A stretch of 64,000 bases of DNA from Patescibacteria group bacterium (GCA_041737355.1 JBGSRW010000006.1:83734-147733); one strand, 5' to 3'; shown: positions 29,560 through 39,095, numbered from the stretch's first letter. Notes: generated from the sequence alone by a model not told the origin. Numbers and translations are program-made.

Positions 29560-29772
29560 AAATAAACTTCGTATCGTTAATCTAATATATCCTATCTTTG
29601 TTATCTTGACCTCGCACTTTCTTTTAAAGAAACTGTATTCTTATCTTACCATCATATCAAATTAAAAGACAAGAAAGTACGGGGTTGACAAAGAAAAGCT
29701 CTCGTGTTAAGCTCCAACGTTGCTACCATCCGGGTCTTTTGACCTCGGAGGGGAAGGCAAGGGAGGAACATA

Positions 29773-30234
29773 ATGGAAGGAACGAGCGGGAGCGGCCCGA
29801 AGCCGCAAAGAACCCGAGAAGATGTTATTCGTTCCCGTGGCGTAGCCATTCTGATGCAGATTGCCATGCCTGTGCTTCACGACCGGGGAAGCGACGACGA
29901 TCGTGGCCGGGCCACGAGATGCAAGCTCTTCGACGTCTACGCTGATCCCGAAGGCCGGATGGTCTTCGTTCTGGATATCGCCGACGACGACGAACGGGAT
30001 AGGATCATCGGCGGGGAACACCGACTTCATCTCTCGGCTCTCCAGATTCTCTTTTCCGTGTCGGTCCGTGACACTTTTCCGGTCGAAGAAAGGCAAAACG
30101 TTAACGTAATTGCCGGCATCCGCAATCCCGGCGACGGCTTGATCGTTTTCCCCCAGGAACTCGTCCCGGAGAGCGAGCTCGATCCGCTCGATCCGGAAGA
30201 CGAAGATGACGGGGAGGAAGACGGCGACGCGTAG
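29773..30234 (+). CDS. Hypothetical protein with an acidic C-terminal tail, GC-rich islet 2
   Basis: 153 aa with RBS GGGAGG and a candidate promoter TTGACA-17-TAAGCT at 29686. It is GC-rich unlike the flanks, and ends with EDEDDGEEDGDA. The antisense ORF 29707..30240 is judged spurious. Confidence 0.5.
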   Translation: MEGTSGSGPKPQRTREDVIRSRGVAILMQIAMPVLHDRGSDDDRGRATRCKLFDVYADPEGRMVFVLDIADDDERDRIIGGEHRLHLSALQILFSVSVRDTFPVEERQNVNVIAGIRNPGDGLIVFPQELVPESELDPLDPEDEDDGEEDGDA

Positions 30235-30243
30235 CAACAACGA

Positions 30244-30294
30244 CCCCTCGGTTTGCGCTTCACCACATGTGAACGCCGCGAACCGGGGTTTTTA
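30244..30294 (+). terminator. Candidate terminator: imperfect long hairpin plus U-run
   Basis: CCCCTCGGTTTGCG ... CGCGAACCGGGG followed by TTTTT. Confidence 0.4.
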
Positions 30295-30368
30295 TTATCA
30301 AGCGAGCAAGAGAAATGAAATAAGTTTCATTTCCGAGCGAGCGCGGATAACACGGAGTATTTTAAACC

Positions 30369-30397
30369 TTGACCAAATTTTAAATTAAGGATAAAAT
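30369..30397 (+). promoter_or_regulatory. Sigma-70-like promoter for tRNA-Glu
   Basis: TTGACC-17 nt-TAAAAT, about 20 nt upstream of the tRNA 5' end; preceded by a 9-bp perfect palindrome GAAATGAAA-taag-TTTCATTTC (30312-30337). Confidence 0.4.
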
Positions 30398-30418
30398 ATT
30401 TTCAAGCGACGTTTTTAT

Positions 30419-30494
30419 GGCCCTATCGTCTAGTCCGGTCTAGGACACCACGCTTTCAATGTGGTAACCCGGGTTCGAATCCCGGTGGGGCTAC
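30419..30494 (+). tRNA. tRNA-Glu (anticodon TTC), CCA encoded
   Basis: Aligns position-by-position with canonical bacterial tRNA-Glu: GGCCCTA TC GTCTAG ... ACCAC GCTTTCAAT GTGGT AAC CCGGGTTCGAATCCCGG TGGGGCT A CCA. Confidence 0.85.
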
Positions 30495-30557
30495 CAAAAT
30501 AGTGCATTACTTCTTTAAAAGAGATATAATAGAGTAATAACTTGTAATCTCTTAATA

Positions 30558-30986
30558 ATGTTCAACCTCTTCCCTGCTAAGAATCAAAAATCCGAAGAGG
30601 AAAATTTCTTTCCGGTTCAGGCTGGTCAGGAAGATAAAAGTTGGCTGTCCAAAGACTATGAGGGCCAGCTCTCCGTTGATGTTTACCATACAGAAAAAGA
30701 TATTGTCGTAAAATCAACCATCGCCGGCGTCAGGCCCGAGGACTTGAATATTGTCGTAAACAACGATCTCTTAACTATCCGCGGCAAACGCGAAGCCTCG
30801 CCGGATATCAACCCTTCGGATTACCTTTACCGCGAATGCTATTGGGGCGGTTTTTCGAGAACTATTGTTCTGCCTCAGGACGTAAAAGCCGACAAGATAA
30901 AAGCTATTTTAAAAAACGGCTTGCTGACGGTTATTCTACCCAAGGCGAGCTCCAACGCGGAGGTTAAAGTCAGGGAGGAATTTTAA
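30558..30986 (+). CDS. Hsp20/alpha-crystallin family small heat shock protein
   Basis: 142 aa with an alpha-crystallin domain (LSVDVYHTEKDIVVKSTIAGVRPEDLNIVVNNDLLTIRGKRE ... GLLTVILPK). Confidence 0.85.
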   Translation: MFNLFPAKNQKSEEENFFPVQAGQEDKSWLSKDYEGQLSVDVYHTEKDIVVKSTIAGVRPEDLNIVVNNDLLTIRGKREASPDINPSDYLYRECYWGGFSRTIVLPQDVKADKIKAILKNGLLTVILPKASSNAEVKVREEF

Positions 30987-30988
30987 AT

Positions 30989-31225
30989 ATGAATTTCCTC
31001 AAAGCAATCATTGACCGGCTCGAAGGAGAATCGGCGGTTATCAAAACCGAAAATGGCCAGGAAATAATCTGGCCCAAAAACAATCTTCCGGAAGACGCCA
31101 AGGAAGGCACAGCTATCCGCTTAAACTTATCAACCAGCAAAACCGACGAAGAGGAACGGGCCAAGCTGGCCAAGACTCTCCTCAACGAAATTTTGCAGAC
31201 CAAAAAAGAAGATGGGCAAAAATAA
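30989..31225 (+). CDS. DUF3006-like small protein
   Basis: 78 aa: MNFLKAIIDRLEGESAVIKTENGQEIIWPKNNLPEDAKEGTAIRLNL matches the DUF3006 pattern (AIIDRFEG..AV.E......IP...LPEGAKEGDVL). Confidence 0.5.
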   Translation: MNFLKAIIDRLEGESAVIKTENGQEIIWPKNNLPEDAKEGTAIRLNLSTSKTDEEERAKLAKTLLNEILQTKKEDGQK

Positions 31226-33209
31226 ATCAAAGCAAACACCCGAACTACTTCAAGAACAACAGGCAACGAATGCTGCGCCTGCGGTTGCCGACCTAAAAAA
31301 TAAAAAGCTAAAAAAATGGCACAAAACAGTGATTGCCATTTTTTTGTTGATTTTTATACCGGCTGGGGCGGTTTTTGCCTTCGAAGAAATTTTTTCCCGC
31401 AGAATTTATCCGGGGATTGAAGTCGGCGGAATCGACCTCGGAGGAAAAACAAAAGCCAAAGCCCTGGAGGAGCTCAACCGGGCTACCAAAGATTTTTTGG
31501 AGAAAGGACTTGTATTTACCTACCAAAATAAAACCGCGGCGGTCATGCCTATAGTTACCGCGGCAAACGACCCCGATCTTTCCCGGACCGCTTTTAGTTT
31601 GGAAAATGAGAAAACGGTTGAATCGGCTTTTTCCCTCGGACGCGGCGGAGATTTATTCGATAATTTGAAAAGCCAGTTTACGATTGCCTTCTGGGGAACG
31701 AAAATAAACCTCTTGTCCCAGTCCAACCCGGAAGAAATAAAAAAAATTCTTCAGGAAAATTTCGGAGATCTCGAGAAGCCGGCTCTCGATGCGAAGCTTG
31801 GCATCACGGCTAATAACGGCATCGTTGACGTCGAAGTTTATCCGGAAAAATCCGGCCAAGTCTTCAACTATGACAATGCCATTACCAATGCCTTTGCCAA
31901 AGTCGCCGATCTCCAGATGGAACCGACCGTCCTTGATCTTGTATTTGCCGAACCTAAAATAACTAAATCGGAAGCTTCCCTAGCCTTGGAACGGGCAAAA
32001 AAGATTACTCAGCTTTGTCCTGTTGTTGTAAGCGAAGGAAGAAAAACTTGGACGATTTCCCAAAACCAGATAAGGGAATGGCTTGAATTTCAGCAAACCT
32101 CGTCCGGAGTCGGGATCGGCTTGAACCAGGAAAAAATAGAAAGTTATCTGCAAAATTTCGCGAAAGAAATAAATGTCCCGCCGCAAAACGCCAAATTTAA
32201 AATTGAAAACGGCATCGTCAAGGAATTCCAGTTGCACCAGGGCGGAAAAGAACTCAATCTCGAGGCCAGCTACCAGGCAATAAATAATTATGTTTTAAAT
32301 TTTGATACGGCAAAAATTTCTTCAAAATGTCCCGCGAGTCCTCCGTCCGAAGAAGTTATCCAGCTTGTCGTAACAATTACCGCACCTCAAATTCCGATAG
32401 GCAGCCTGAATAATCTCGGTATTAAGGAATTGGTCGGAGTCGGAGAATCTGATTTTTCCGGAAGCCCGGTAAACCGCCGGCATAATATCAAAACCGGAGC
32501 GGCGAAACTGAACGGTACCCTTATTTCCCCCGGAGAAGAATTTTCCATTAATAAAGCTCTGGGCGAAGTTAACGGCGCGACCGGCTATTTGCAGGAGCTT
32601 GTCATTAAAGGCGACAAAACAATTCCCGAATACGGCGGCGGTCTTTGCCAAATCGGAACAACCATGTTCCGAGTCGCCCTTTACGCCGGGCTGCCAATAA
32701 CCGAACGCCGGCCCCATTCTTACCGGGTGGTTTATTATGAACCGGCCGGGATGGATGCGACAATTTACAGCCCCAAACCTGATTTAAAGTTTATTAACGA
32801 TACCCCTTCTTACCTGCTCCTCCAAACAAAAATCGACGGTAATATTCTGACTTTTGAACTTTGGGGGACATCCGACGGAAGAAAAATCGAAATAAGCAAA
32901 CCGAAAGTTTATAATTTCAGAAGCCCCGGTCCGACCAAAATTGTGGAAACCGAAGAACTGAAACCGGGAGAAAAAAAGTGCACTGAACGGGCTCATACAG
33001 GAGCCGACGCCGAATTTGACCGAACTATTACCAACGCGGCGGGCGAAGTTAAAACCGAAACCTGGACAAGCCATTATGTTCCTTGGAGCGCAGTTTGCCT
33101 GATTGGCAAAACCCCCGGCACGACTCCCTCGCCCGATTCCGGAACGCCTCCGGCCGATGGTGTACCCGCCGCTCCCTCCGATCCCGCGCTGCAAAATACT
33201 TCTTTTTAA
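31212..33209 (+). CDS. VanW-family protein with N-terminal TM and repeat/linker domains, Pro/Thr-rich C-terminus
   Basis: 665 aa. The VanW core is IPEYGGGLCQIGTTMFRVALYAGLPITERRPHSYRVVYYEP; one TM (VIAIFLLIFIPAGAVFAF); the C-terminus is GTTPSPDSGTPPADGVPAAPSDP. It overlaps the preceding ORF by 14 nt. Confidence 0.8.
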   Translation: MGKNKSKQTPELLQEQQATNAAPAVADLKNKKLKKWHKTVIAIFLLIFIPAGAVFAFEEIFSRRIYPGIEVGGIDLGGKTKAKALEELNRATKDFLEKGLVFTYQNKTAAVMPIVTAANDPDLSRTAFSLENEKTVESAFSLGRGGDLFDNLKSQFTIAFWGTKINLLSQSNPEEIKKILQENFGDLEKPALDAKLGITANNGIVDVEVYPEKSGQVFNYDNAITNAFAKVADLQMEPTVLDLVFAEPKITKSEASLALERAKKITQLCPVVVSEGRKTWTISQNQIREWLEFQQTSSGVGIGLNQEKIESYLQNFAKEINVPPQNAKFKIENGIVKEFQLHQGGKELNLEASYQAINNYVLNFDTAKISSKCPASPPSEEVIQLVVTITAPQIPIGSLNNLGIKELVGVGESDFSGSPVNRRHNIKTGAAKLNGTLISPGEEFSINKALGEVNGATGYLQELVIKGDKTIPEYGGGLCQIGTTMFRVALYAGLPITERRPHSYRVVYYEPAGMDATIYSPKPDLKFINDTPSYLLLQTKIDGNILTFELWGTSDGRKIEISKPKVYNFRSPGPTKIVETEELKPGEKKCTERAHTGADAEFDRTITNAAGEVKTETWTSHYVPWSAVCLIGKTPGTTPSPDSGTPPADGVPAAPSDPALQNTSF

Positions 33210-33211
33210 AT

Positions 33212-33336
33212 AAAAAAACTGCCAGGAATCTGCAGACAAGAGAGTTAGTTCCGCGACTTTGCCGAGCCAAGGCCAGGCAGGCGCAGAATTAACCCCCGTG
33301 CTTGTCGTGTCTGCAGGTTTCTGGCAGTTTTTTTTA
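33212..33336. terminator. Large (~22-bp arm) inverted repeat flanked by A-run and U-run: bidirectional terminator
   Basis: CTGCCAGGAATCTGCAGACAAG (33219-40) pairs with CTTGTCGTGTCTGCAGGTTTCTGGCAG (33301-27); A7 upstream, T9 downstream. Confidence 0.55.
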
Positions 33337-33509
33337 CTAACAGGTTATCATATCATACGGGATAAATTTGTCAAGAGAACAAAAACCCCTTTTAAAATTT
33401 ACCGAATAGACACAAGACTAAGGGAACTCAAAAGTCTCTTTTTTTATCCTGATCTGTTTTGGTTAAAAATAAAACCCCGTACATTTTGGCACGAGGTTCT
33501 TCTCCACTT

Positions 33510-33929
33510 TTAAAGCAGAGAATCGAGACAACGCAGGTAAATCATCCTAATCTCCTGACGCGAGATAAGCTGGTTCGCGGTCATTCCCGGACCGATGGCG
33601 TGATACCAGCGCAATTCCAAATCACCGCATTTGAAATTGGGCCGTTTGATGGCGCACAATCCGTGGTGCAGGCCGGTCCCCACGCCGCAGGTGCATTTGC
33701 CCCAATGGTAAGGGCGCATTTCGAAAACGCCGTTCTCAAAGTCAATACCTCCGGTGACTCCGCTTTCTTCGTCGGGAATGCCCTTTCCGAGTTCGGCAAG
33801 AAGAAAAGCAATATCCTTAATAGTAGCGCTCGCGAACTCGCCAGCCTCGTCGCCAAATTCCCATTCGCCGTGGAAATTCCGGGCCATCTCGGTGGGCCAT
33901 TCGCTTGATCGGATGCCCCTGCCCTCCAT
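33510..33929 (-). CDS. Hypothetical Cys/His-containing protein, GC-rich islet 3 gene D
   Basis: 139 aa with RBS GGGAGG 7 nt before the ATG; contains HWGKCTCGVGTGLHHGLC; GC-rich. The antisense ORF 33459..33908 is judged spurious. Confidence 0.55.
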   Translation of the reverse strand: MEGRGIRSSEWPTEMARNFHGEWEFGDEAGEFASATIKDIAFLLAELGKGIPDEESGVTGGIDFENGVFEMRPYHWGKCTCGVGTGLHHGLCAIKRPNFKCGDLELRWYHAIGPGMTANQLISRQEIRMIYLRCLDSLL

Positions 33930-34063
33930 AATTCTACCTCCCTTTCCCGGATATCTTACAAAAAATTAGTAACAAATTCAAGAGTAAAAAAAGAGGGCAA
34001 GCTGCCGAAGCAACTTACCCGAAGAACATCAGGAGATTTTTTCTATCTCTCGGCTCTTACCCC

Positions 34064-34690
34064 CTATCGCCGCGGCGCAACCGGGGGAACCCGGATACCG
34101 CGCCGGTCGCGCTGACTCAGGCCGCCGATCTCCTCGTCATCGGCCCGATTTCCTCCGCGCATCATCCATTCGAGGCCCCGCATGGCCATCACTTCTTCGA
34201 CCGAAACCTTCTTGTGCTCGGGACATCCACGTCTAGAGCAGACTTGGATCATCCCGGAAGAGCCGTCCCGGACGTAGAGCGACTTGATACCGACCATCTT
34301 GGCGTTGCAGGTACAGTACGCCACGGTCGGCAGACTTGCACCGCACCACGGACAGAAGAGATCGAGCACTTCACCTTCCCTGATCTCGGGCTCGGAGCGA
34401 ACCGTGCGGCCGCCCCAAGCGGCCGAAACGTGGAGAACGTGATCGCCATCCCGCAGCGCCTCGTTCATGTAACGCCAGCCGATCTTGATTGCCGGATGGC
34501 CGTCGATCTCGCGGACCGGATCGACTAGCCCAATCCCGCAGGCCGGCAAGGGGCAGGCGGCAATGATAATGTTGCCCTGCTGTCCCAAGCGCGCGCACTC
34601 CTTGCAGTGAAGGCCGTCCGGACGAAGTTCCAGAAGACCGCCATGCAAGACGCAAACCCTCGTCTCCTCCCTTTTTCCCTGCATTTCCAC
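34064..34690 (-). CDS. Cys-rich (multi-CxxC) protein, GC-rich islet 3 gene C
   Basis: 208 aa with the perfect SD AAGGAGGTG 5 nt before the ATG; motifs CKECARLG, CPLPACG, CPWCGAS, CTCNAKM, CSRRGCPEH; Arg-rich C-terminus. Confidence 0.6.
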   Translation of the reverse strand: MEMQGKREETRVCVLHGGLLELRPDGLHCKECARLGQQGNIIIAACPLPACGIGLVDPVREIDGHPAIKIGWRYMNEALRDGDHVLHVSAAWGGRTVRSEPEIREGEVLDLFCPWCGASLPTVAYCTCNAKMVGIKSLYVRDGSSGMIQVCSRRGCPEHKKVSVEEVMAMRGLEWMMRGGNRADDEEIGGLSQRDRRGIRVPPVAPRR

Positions 34691-34770
34691 CTCCTTGGCG
34701 ACTCTGCGCCCTTTTCCCTCCCCAAAATAACCGTAAATTTTTTTACAGATATTCCGGAAAGATAAACACC

Positions 34771-34812
34771 GAAAAAAATTAACTACCGCCGGCGGTTGGC
34801 CGGCGGTAGTTA
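34771..34812 (-). terminator. Rho-independent terminator of hppA (13-bp perfect palindrome)
   Basis: AACTACCGCCGGC-ggttg-GCCGGCGGTAGTT, followed on the minus strand by a U7 run. Confidence 0.7.
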
Positions 34813-34822
34813 ATTTGTAAAA

Positions 34823-36859
34823 CTAAATTAACAGACCAATAATTAATAAAGCCACAATATTCAATACCTTAATCATCGGGTTAATCGCCGGACCGGCCGT
34901 ATCTTTGTAAGGATCACCGACCGTGTCGCCGGTGACTGCCGCCTGATGGGCAAACGAGCCCTTGCCGCCAAAATTTCCTTCCTCAATGAATTTCTTGGCG
35001 TTGTCCCAGGCCGCCCCGCCCGAAGTCATGGAAATACCAACGAATATTCCAGTAACGATTGAGCCAACAAGCAAACCGCCGAGCGCCTTTGGCCCCAAAA
35101 GCAAACCAACCGCAATCGGCGCGACAACCGGTAAAAGAGCTGGAATTATCATCTGCCTAATCGCCGACTTGGTAACAATATCAACGCAGGCTGCGTAATC
35201 GGCTTTGGCTGTACCTTCCATCAAGCCAGGAATTTCTTTCCACTGGCGACGGACCTCGTCAACCACTTTTCCGCCGGCTTTACCGACCGCACGCATGGCC
35301 ATTGAACCGAACAAATACGGAAGTAAACCGCCGATAAACAAACCGGCAATAATTTTTGGGTCCGACAAATCAAAAACGCTGTCTTCAAAACCGAGCGCCG
35401 TAATTTCGTGGACGTAAGAAGCAAAAAGCACCAATGCCGCGAGTCCCGCCGAAGCAATAGCATAGGCCTTGGTTACCGCTTTCGTGGTATTTCCGACCGC
35501 ATCCAAGGGGTCGGTAACATCGCGGACTTCTTTCGGGAGTCCGGCCATTTCGGCAATTCCTCCGGCATTATCGGTAATCGGCCCGAAAGCATCAATCGCC
35601 ACAATAATTCCGGTCATTGATAACATGGACATGACGGCAATCGCTACGCCGTAAATTCCCGCCAGCCAAAAAGAAAGTAAAATTCCCCCGACGATCAGAA
35701 GAACCGGCATGGCGGTTGACTCCATGGACATGGCGAGCCCTGTAATAATGTTTGTCCCGTGCCCAGTAGTTGAGGCCTTGGCAATTTCTTTTACCGGCCG
35801 GAATTTTTTTGAAGTGTAGTACTCGGTAATCGCCATCATGCCAAAAGTTATCGCAATACCGACGAGCGAAACAAGATATAATTTCCAGATCGGATAGACG
35901 CCGTTGTCTTTCATGAGCCAGGCAGTTAAGGGATAAAAAGCTCCGGCCGATAAAACCGCCGCAACCGCTAAACCTTTGTAAAGAGCGGCCATAATTCCCT
36001 GCTTTTTTCCCAAACGGACAAAAAATGTTCCGATAATTGAGGTGATAACCGCTACGCCGCCAAGCGCCAAAGGATAAATAATCGAACCGGTGAAACCCGG
36101 TAAAAGCAAAACGCCGAGCAACATTGCGGCGATGGCCGAGACGGCATAAGTCTCAAACAAGTCCGCGGCCATGCCGGCGCAGTCGCCGACGTTATCGCCG
36201 ACATTGTCGGCGATTACCGCCGGATTTCTCGGATCGTCTTCCGGAATCCCGGCTTCAACTTTTCCAACAAGATCCGCTCCGACATCGGCGCCTTTGGTAT
36301 AGATTCCTCCGCCCAAACGGGCAAAAACCGAAATCAAACTGCCGCCGAATCCCAAACCGACCAAAGCCTTAACCGCCGAAGTCGGGTCAAGTTTGAAAAC
36401 GTAAACCAAAATCATGAAAAATCCGGTTACGGAAAAAAGGGCGAGACCAACGACAAGCAGGCCTGTCACCGTTCCCCCGCGGAAAGCCACGGCCAGAGCT
36501 TTTTTCAAACCGCTCTTGGCCGCTTCGGTAGTTCTGACATTAGCCCGCACGGAAATGTACATGCCGATATAGCCGGCTAAAGCCGAGGCCGCCGCCCCGA
36601 CCAAAAATCCGAGCGAGGCGTAAATTCCCAGGAAGAGAAGCAGGCCGAACAATATCACCGCGACAATTGCCACGGTTTTGTACTGCCGGTTCAAGTACGC
36701 CTTGGCTCCTTCCTGAATAGCCTTGGCAATCGATTGCATTTTTTCGTCTCCGGCCGGCAGCTTCAGAATCCATCTGGCGAGAATAAAGCCAAAAACAATG
36801 GCCAAAAGCGCGGTGCAGAGAGCGAAAAGCAGAGAATAAAACATAGTTTCTCTTTTCAA
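34823..36859 (-). CDS. hppA: Membrane-bound proton/sodium-translocating pyrophosphatase
   Basis: 678 aa with about 15 TMs and the signature motifs [41 protein letters not shown]. Confidence 0.9.
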   Translation of the reverse strand: MKRETMFYSLLFALCTALLAIVFGFILARWILKLPAGDEKMQSIAKAIQEGAKAYLNRQYKTVAIVAVILFGLLLFLGIYASLGFLVGAAASALAGYIGMYISVRANVRTTEAAKSGLKKALAVAFRGGTVTGLLVVGLALFSVTGFFMILVYVFKLDPTSAVKALVGLGFGGSLISVFARLGGGIYTKGADVGADLVGKVEAGIPEDDPRNPAVIADNVGDNVGDCAGMAADLFETYAVSAIAAMLLGVLLLPGFTGSIIYPLALGGVAVITSIIGTFFVRLGKKQGIMAALYKGLAVAAVLSAGAFYPLTAWLMKDNGVYPIWKLYLVSLVGIAITFGMMAITEYYTSKKFRPVKEIAKASTTGHGTNIITGLAMSMESTAMPVLLIVGGILLSFWLAGIYGVAIAVMSMLSMTGIIVAIDAFGPITDNAGGIAEMAGLPKEVRDVTDPLDAVGNTTKAVTKAYAIASAGLAALVLFASYVHEITALGFEDSVFDLSDPKIIAGLFIGGLLPYLFGSMAMRAVGKAGGKVVDEVRRQWKEIPGLMEGTAKADYAACVDIVTKSAIRQMIIPALLPVVAPIAVGLLLGPKALGGLLVGSIVTGIFVGISMTSGGAAWDNAKKFIEEGNFGGKGSFAHQAAVTGDTVGDPYKDTAGPAINPMIKVLNIVALLIIGLLI

Positions 36860-37032
36860 TTATTAAGATTTAATTAAAAAACCTCTCGGCTTTTAATTTA
36901 CCTCAAAATCATTAGATTGTAAAGGGTATAAAAAGACTCCTACCCAGGTTGTAATACCATAGATAGGAGTCAGCTAGTCCGTTCCACCCGACGCTCTCAG
37001 CTTACGCCGAAAGCATCAGGATGAAGTTCGAA

Positions 37033-37527
37033 CTACGCAGCGTCCTTGCGGACGGCAAGGATTCTCTCGGGCCGAGGGCCTAGGTCGACCCCAGAGAAAT
37101 CTGGCGGATCGATCCCGCCGCCGGTGAAATCATCACCGTTGAGGATCCGCTCGCCTTCGTGGTATGAGAGAAAAGGGAAGACGTGTCCGCCGTCAGGATC
37201 CGCCCAACGCGAGCCGATAACCACGATTTGGAACTCTCGCTGAAGTCCGGGATAGCGAGCACCAAGAGCTAGAAGATCTTCGATCTTGGCAGGTCGGAGG
37301 CCGTGGCGGTCAAGTTCGGCAATGACCTCACTAGCCGAACGGGGAGAGTACTTGGGGTCATCGGGAACGCGGGCAAGGAGGAGCTCACGCTCCACCTTGC
37401 CCTCACCCGTGATGGGGAAGCGGTCGGAGGAGACGCTGGGGAACACGTCATCGTAATTGCCAGCAGCGACCATCGCTTCGAACGTCTGGCCGTAGTCCAC
37501 CGTGACCTTGTAGGTCCTCTTCTTCAT
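37033..37527 (-). CDS. Hypothetical protein, GC-rich islet 4
   Basis: Trimmed to ATG at 37527 (MKKRTYKVTVDYGQTF...) with RBS GGGAAGG; 164 aa; GC-rich versus flanks; no recognizable domain. Confidence 0.5.
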   Translation of the reverse strand: MKKRTYKVTVDYGQTFEAMVAAGNYDDVFPSVSSDRFPITGEGKVERELLLARVPDDPKYSPRSASEVIAELDRHGLRPAKIEDLLALGARYPGLQREFQIVVIGSRWADPDGGHVFPFLSYHEGERILNGDDFTGGGIDPPDFSGVDLGPRPERILAVRKDAA

Positions 37528-37684
37528 CCTTCCCTTTCTAACCAAAGGTTTTCGATCGCTCGCCAATAGGCAGGACCATTCCTGGCCTTATTTTGAGGGT
37601 TATAAAACCGCCAAAATAAAGGCAGGAACGATAAATCAGCTTATCATGGCTTTAATATTTTGTCAAGATCTTATAACATCTTTA

Positions 37685-37713
37685 TTGACGCCCGGCCGCC
37701 TTTCTGGTATGAT
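37685..37713 (+). promoter_or_regulatory. Sigma-70-like promoter upstream of the LysM-M23 peptidase gene
   Basis: TTGACG-17 nt-TATGAT; the predicted TSS is near 37720, so the ATG at 37731 would be nearly leaderless. Confidence 0.4.
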
Positions 37714-37730
37714 AAGTATTGAGTTTTTAT

Positions 37731-39080
37731 ATGGCTCAAAACCTTTTATTCAACCTAAAAAAGCTGGGTATCAAGATTTTGGTTGCGGTTTTGGACGGGC
37801 TCGTGTACTTCAAAAAAATATCAATCATTGTCTTGACTTGGACAGTCTGGAAGCCGCTATGCTGGCTTGGCAAAACTGTCCTTTTTTCATTTATAATAAA
37901 ATTCTACCGGCTTGGCCTTTTCGCGAAAATTCAGTGGTGGGACAAAATCTATGCACCGGTTAAGGTCAAAATAATTCATCCCCTGACCCGCCGCTATGTA
38001 ACCCATATTGTTATTGCCCTGATAACCATTTTTTCCATTACCTCAAACATTAGTGCCAAGGAAGCCTCGCTTGAAAATGCCGAAGAGGTCGGCCGAAAGA
38101 GCATCCTCTTTTCTTTGGCTTACCGCGATGGGATGGAAGACTTTGTCCAGGAAACATCGGAGCTTACGGGAGTAAAGGTGGCAACAACTTATCTATCCTC
38201 CGATATCGGAGGGACTTTCTTGGGAGGTGGAACGAGCAACGAAACCGAAGAAAATCTGCCGATTATCGACGACAGTACTCTTTGGAACCCCAACCTGCCA
38301 TCAACTTCTCTGAACATGAATGCCAGGTCTAAATCCGTAGATTATATTGTTGCCGAAGGAGACGCTATAAGCACCATTGCCGAAAAATTTGGACTCAAGG
38401 TCAACACGATTCTCTGGGCCAATAATCTTTCCTCCGGCAGTACCATCCGCCCGGGCGATAAACTAACCATTCTCCCGACCGACGGAGTTTTGCATAAAGT
38501 AAAAACTAATGACACCCTGGATAAAATCGCCAAATATTACAATACGACAAGCGACAAAATTACCGAATTTAACGCCTTAGCCGATGCCAACGACCTCATA
38601 GTCGGAGAATTTCTGATTGTCCCCGACGGAAAAGTTCCGCCGCCCCCGCCTCCGACCCCAAAGCCAGTTTCCCGCCTTGCTTCAAAAAATGTTTTCAAAA
38701 TTCCCTCTTCGAGTTCTTCCTCCAGCAAGGGCATGATTTGGCCGACTTCAGGACATGTTATTACCCAATATTTCGGCTGGCGCCACACGGGACTTGATAT
38801 TGATGGCGACCTGACTTCTCCGATCTATGCGGCGGAATCAGGAACGGTTATTCTTGCCGGCTGGGGAACCGGCTATGGCTTACATGCAAGAATTTCTCAT
38901 GGCAACGGCGTGGAGACCGTTTATGGACACCTCAGCAAACTTTTTGTTGAAAAAGGAGAAACGGTAGAAAAAGGCCAGACTATCGGGATGATGGGTTCAA
39001 CCGGCTGGTCAACCGGATCGCACCTCCACTTCGAAGTCCGTTTGGGCAGCAAACGCGTCAATCCTCTCGACTATCTATAA
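37731..39080 (+). CDS. LysM domain-containing M23 family metallopeptidase (peptidoglycan endopeptidase)
   Basis: The ORF track starts at TTG 37719; the first ATG is at 37731. An N-terminal TM, two LysM repeats (DYIVAEGDAISTIAEKFGLKVNTILWANNL; HKVKTNDTLDKIAKYYNT), a Pro-rich linker PPPPPTPKP, and an M23 core (HTGLDIDG ... YGHLS ... GSTGWSTGSHLHFEV). Confidence 0.85.
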   Translation: MAQNLLFNLKKLGIKILVAVLDGLVYFKKISIIVLTWTVWKPLCWLGKTVLFSFIIKFYRLGLFAKIQWWDKIYAPVKVKIIHPLTRRYVTHIVIALITIFSITSNISAKEASLENAEEVGRKSILFSLAYRDGMEDFVQETSELTGVKVATTYLSSDIGGTFLGGGTSNETEENLPIIDDSTLWNPNLPSTSLNMNARSKSVDYIVAEGDAISTIAEKFGLKVNTILWANNLSSGSTIRPGDKLTILPTDGVLHKVKTNDTLDKIAKYYNTTSDKITEFNALADANDLIVGEFLIVPDGKVPPPPPPTPKPVSRLASKNVFKIPSSSSSSSKGMIWPTSGHVITQYFGWRHTGLDIDGDLTSPIYAAESGTVILAGWGTGYGLHARISHGNGVETVYGHLSKLFVEKGETVEKGQTIGMMGSTGWSTGSHLHFEVRLGSKRVNPLDYL

Positions 39081-39095
39081 AAAATAAAAGAGATT

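Noticed and set aside
29707-30240. 177-aa minus-strand ORF overlapping the 29773..30234 plus-strand gene
   Set aside because: Same GC-driven artefact. The plus-strand gene has a GGGAGG SD, a promoter and a terminator.
33459-33908. 149-aa plus-strand ORF antisense to islet 3 gene D; also 34214..34528(+), 34371..34655(-)
   Set aside because: Antisense or out-of-frame GC-rich frames without an RBS. The minus-strand genes have perfect SDs.
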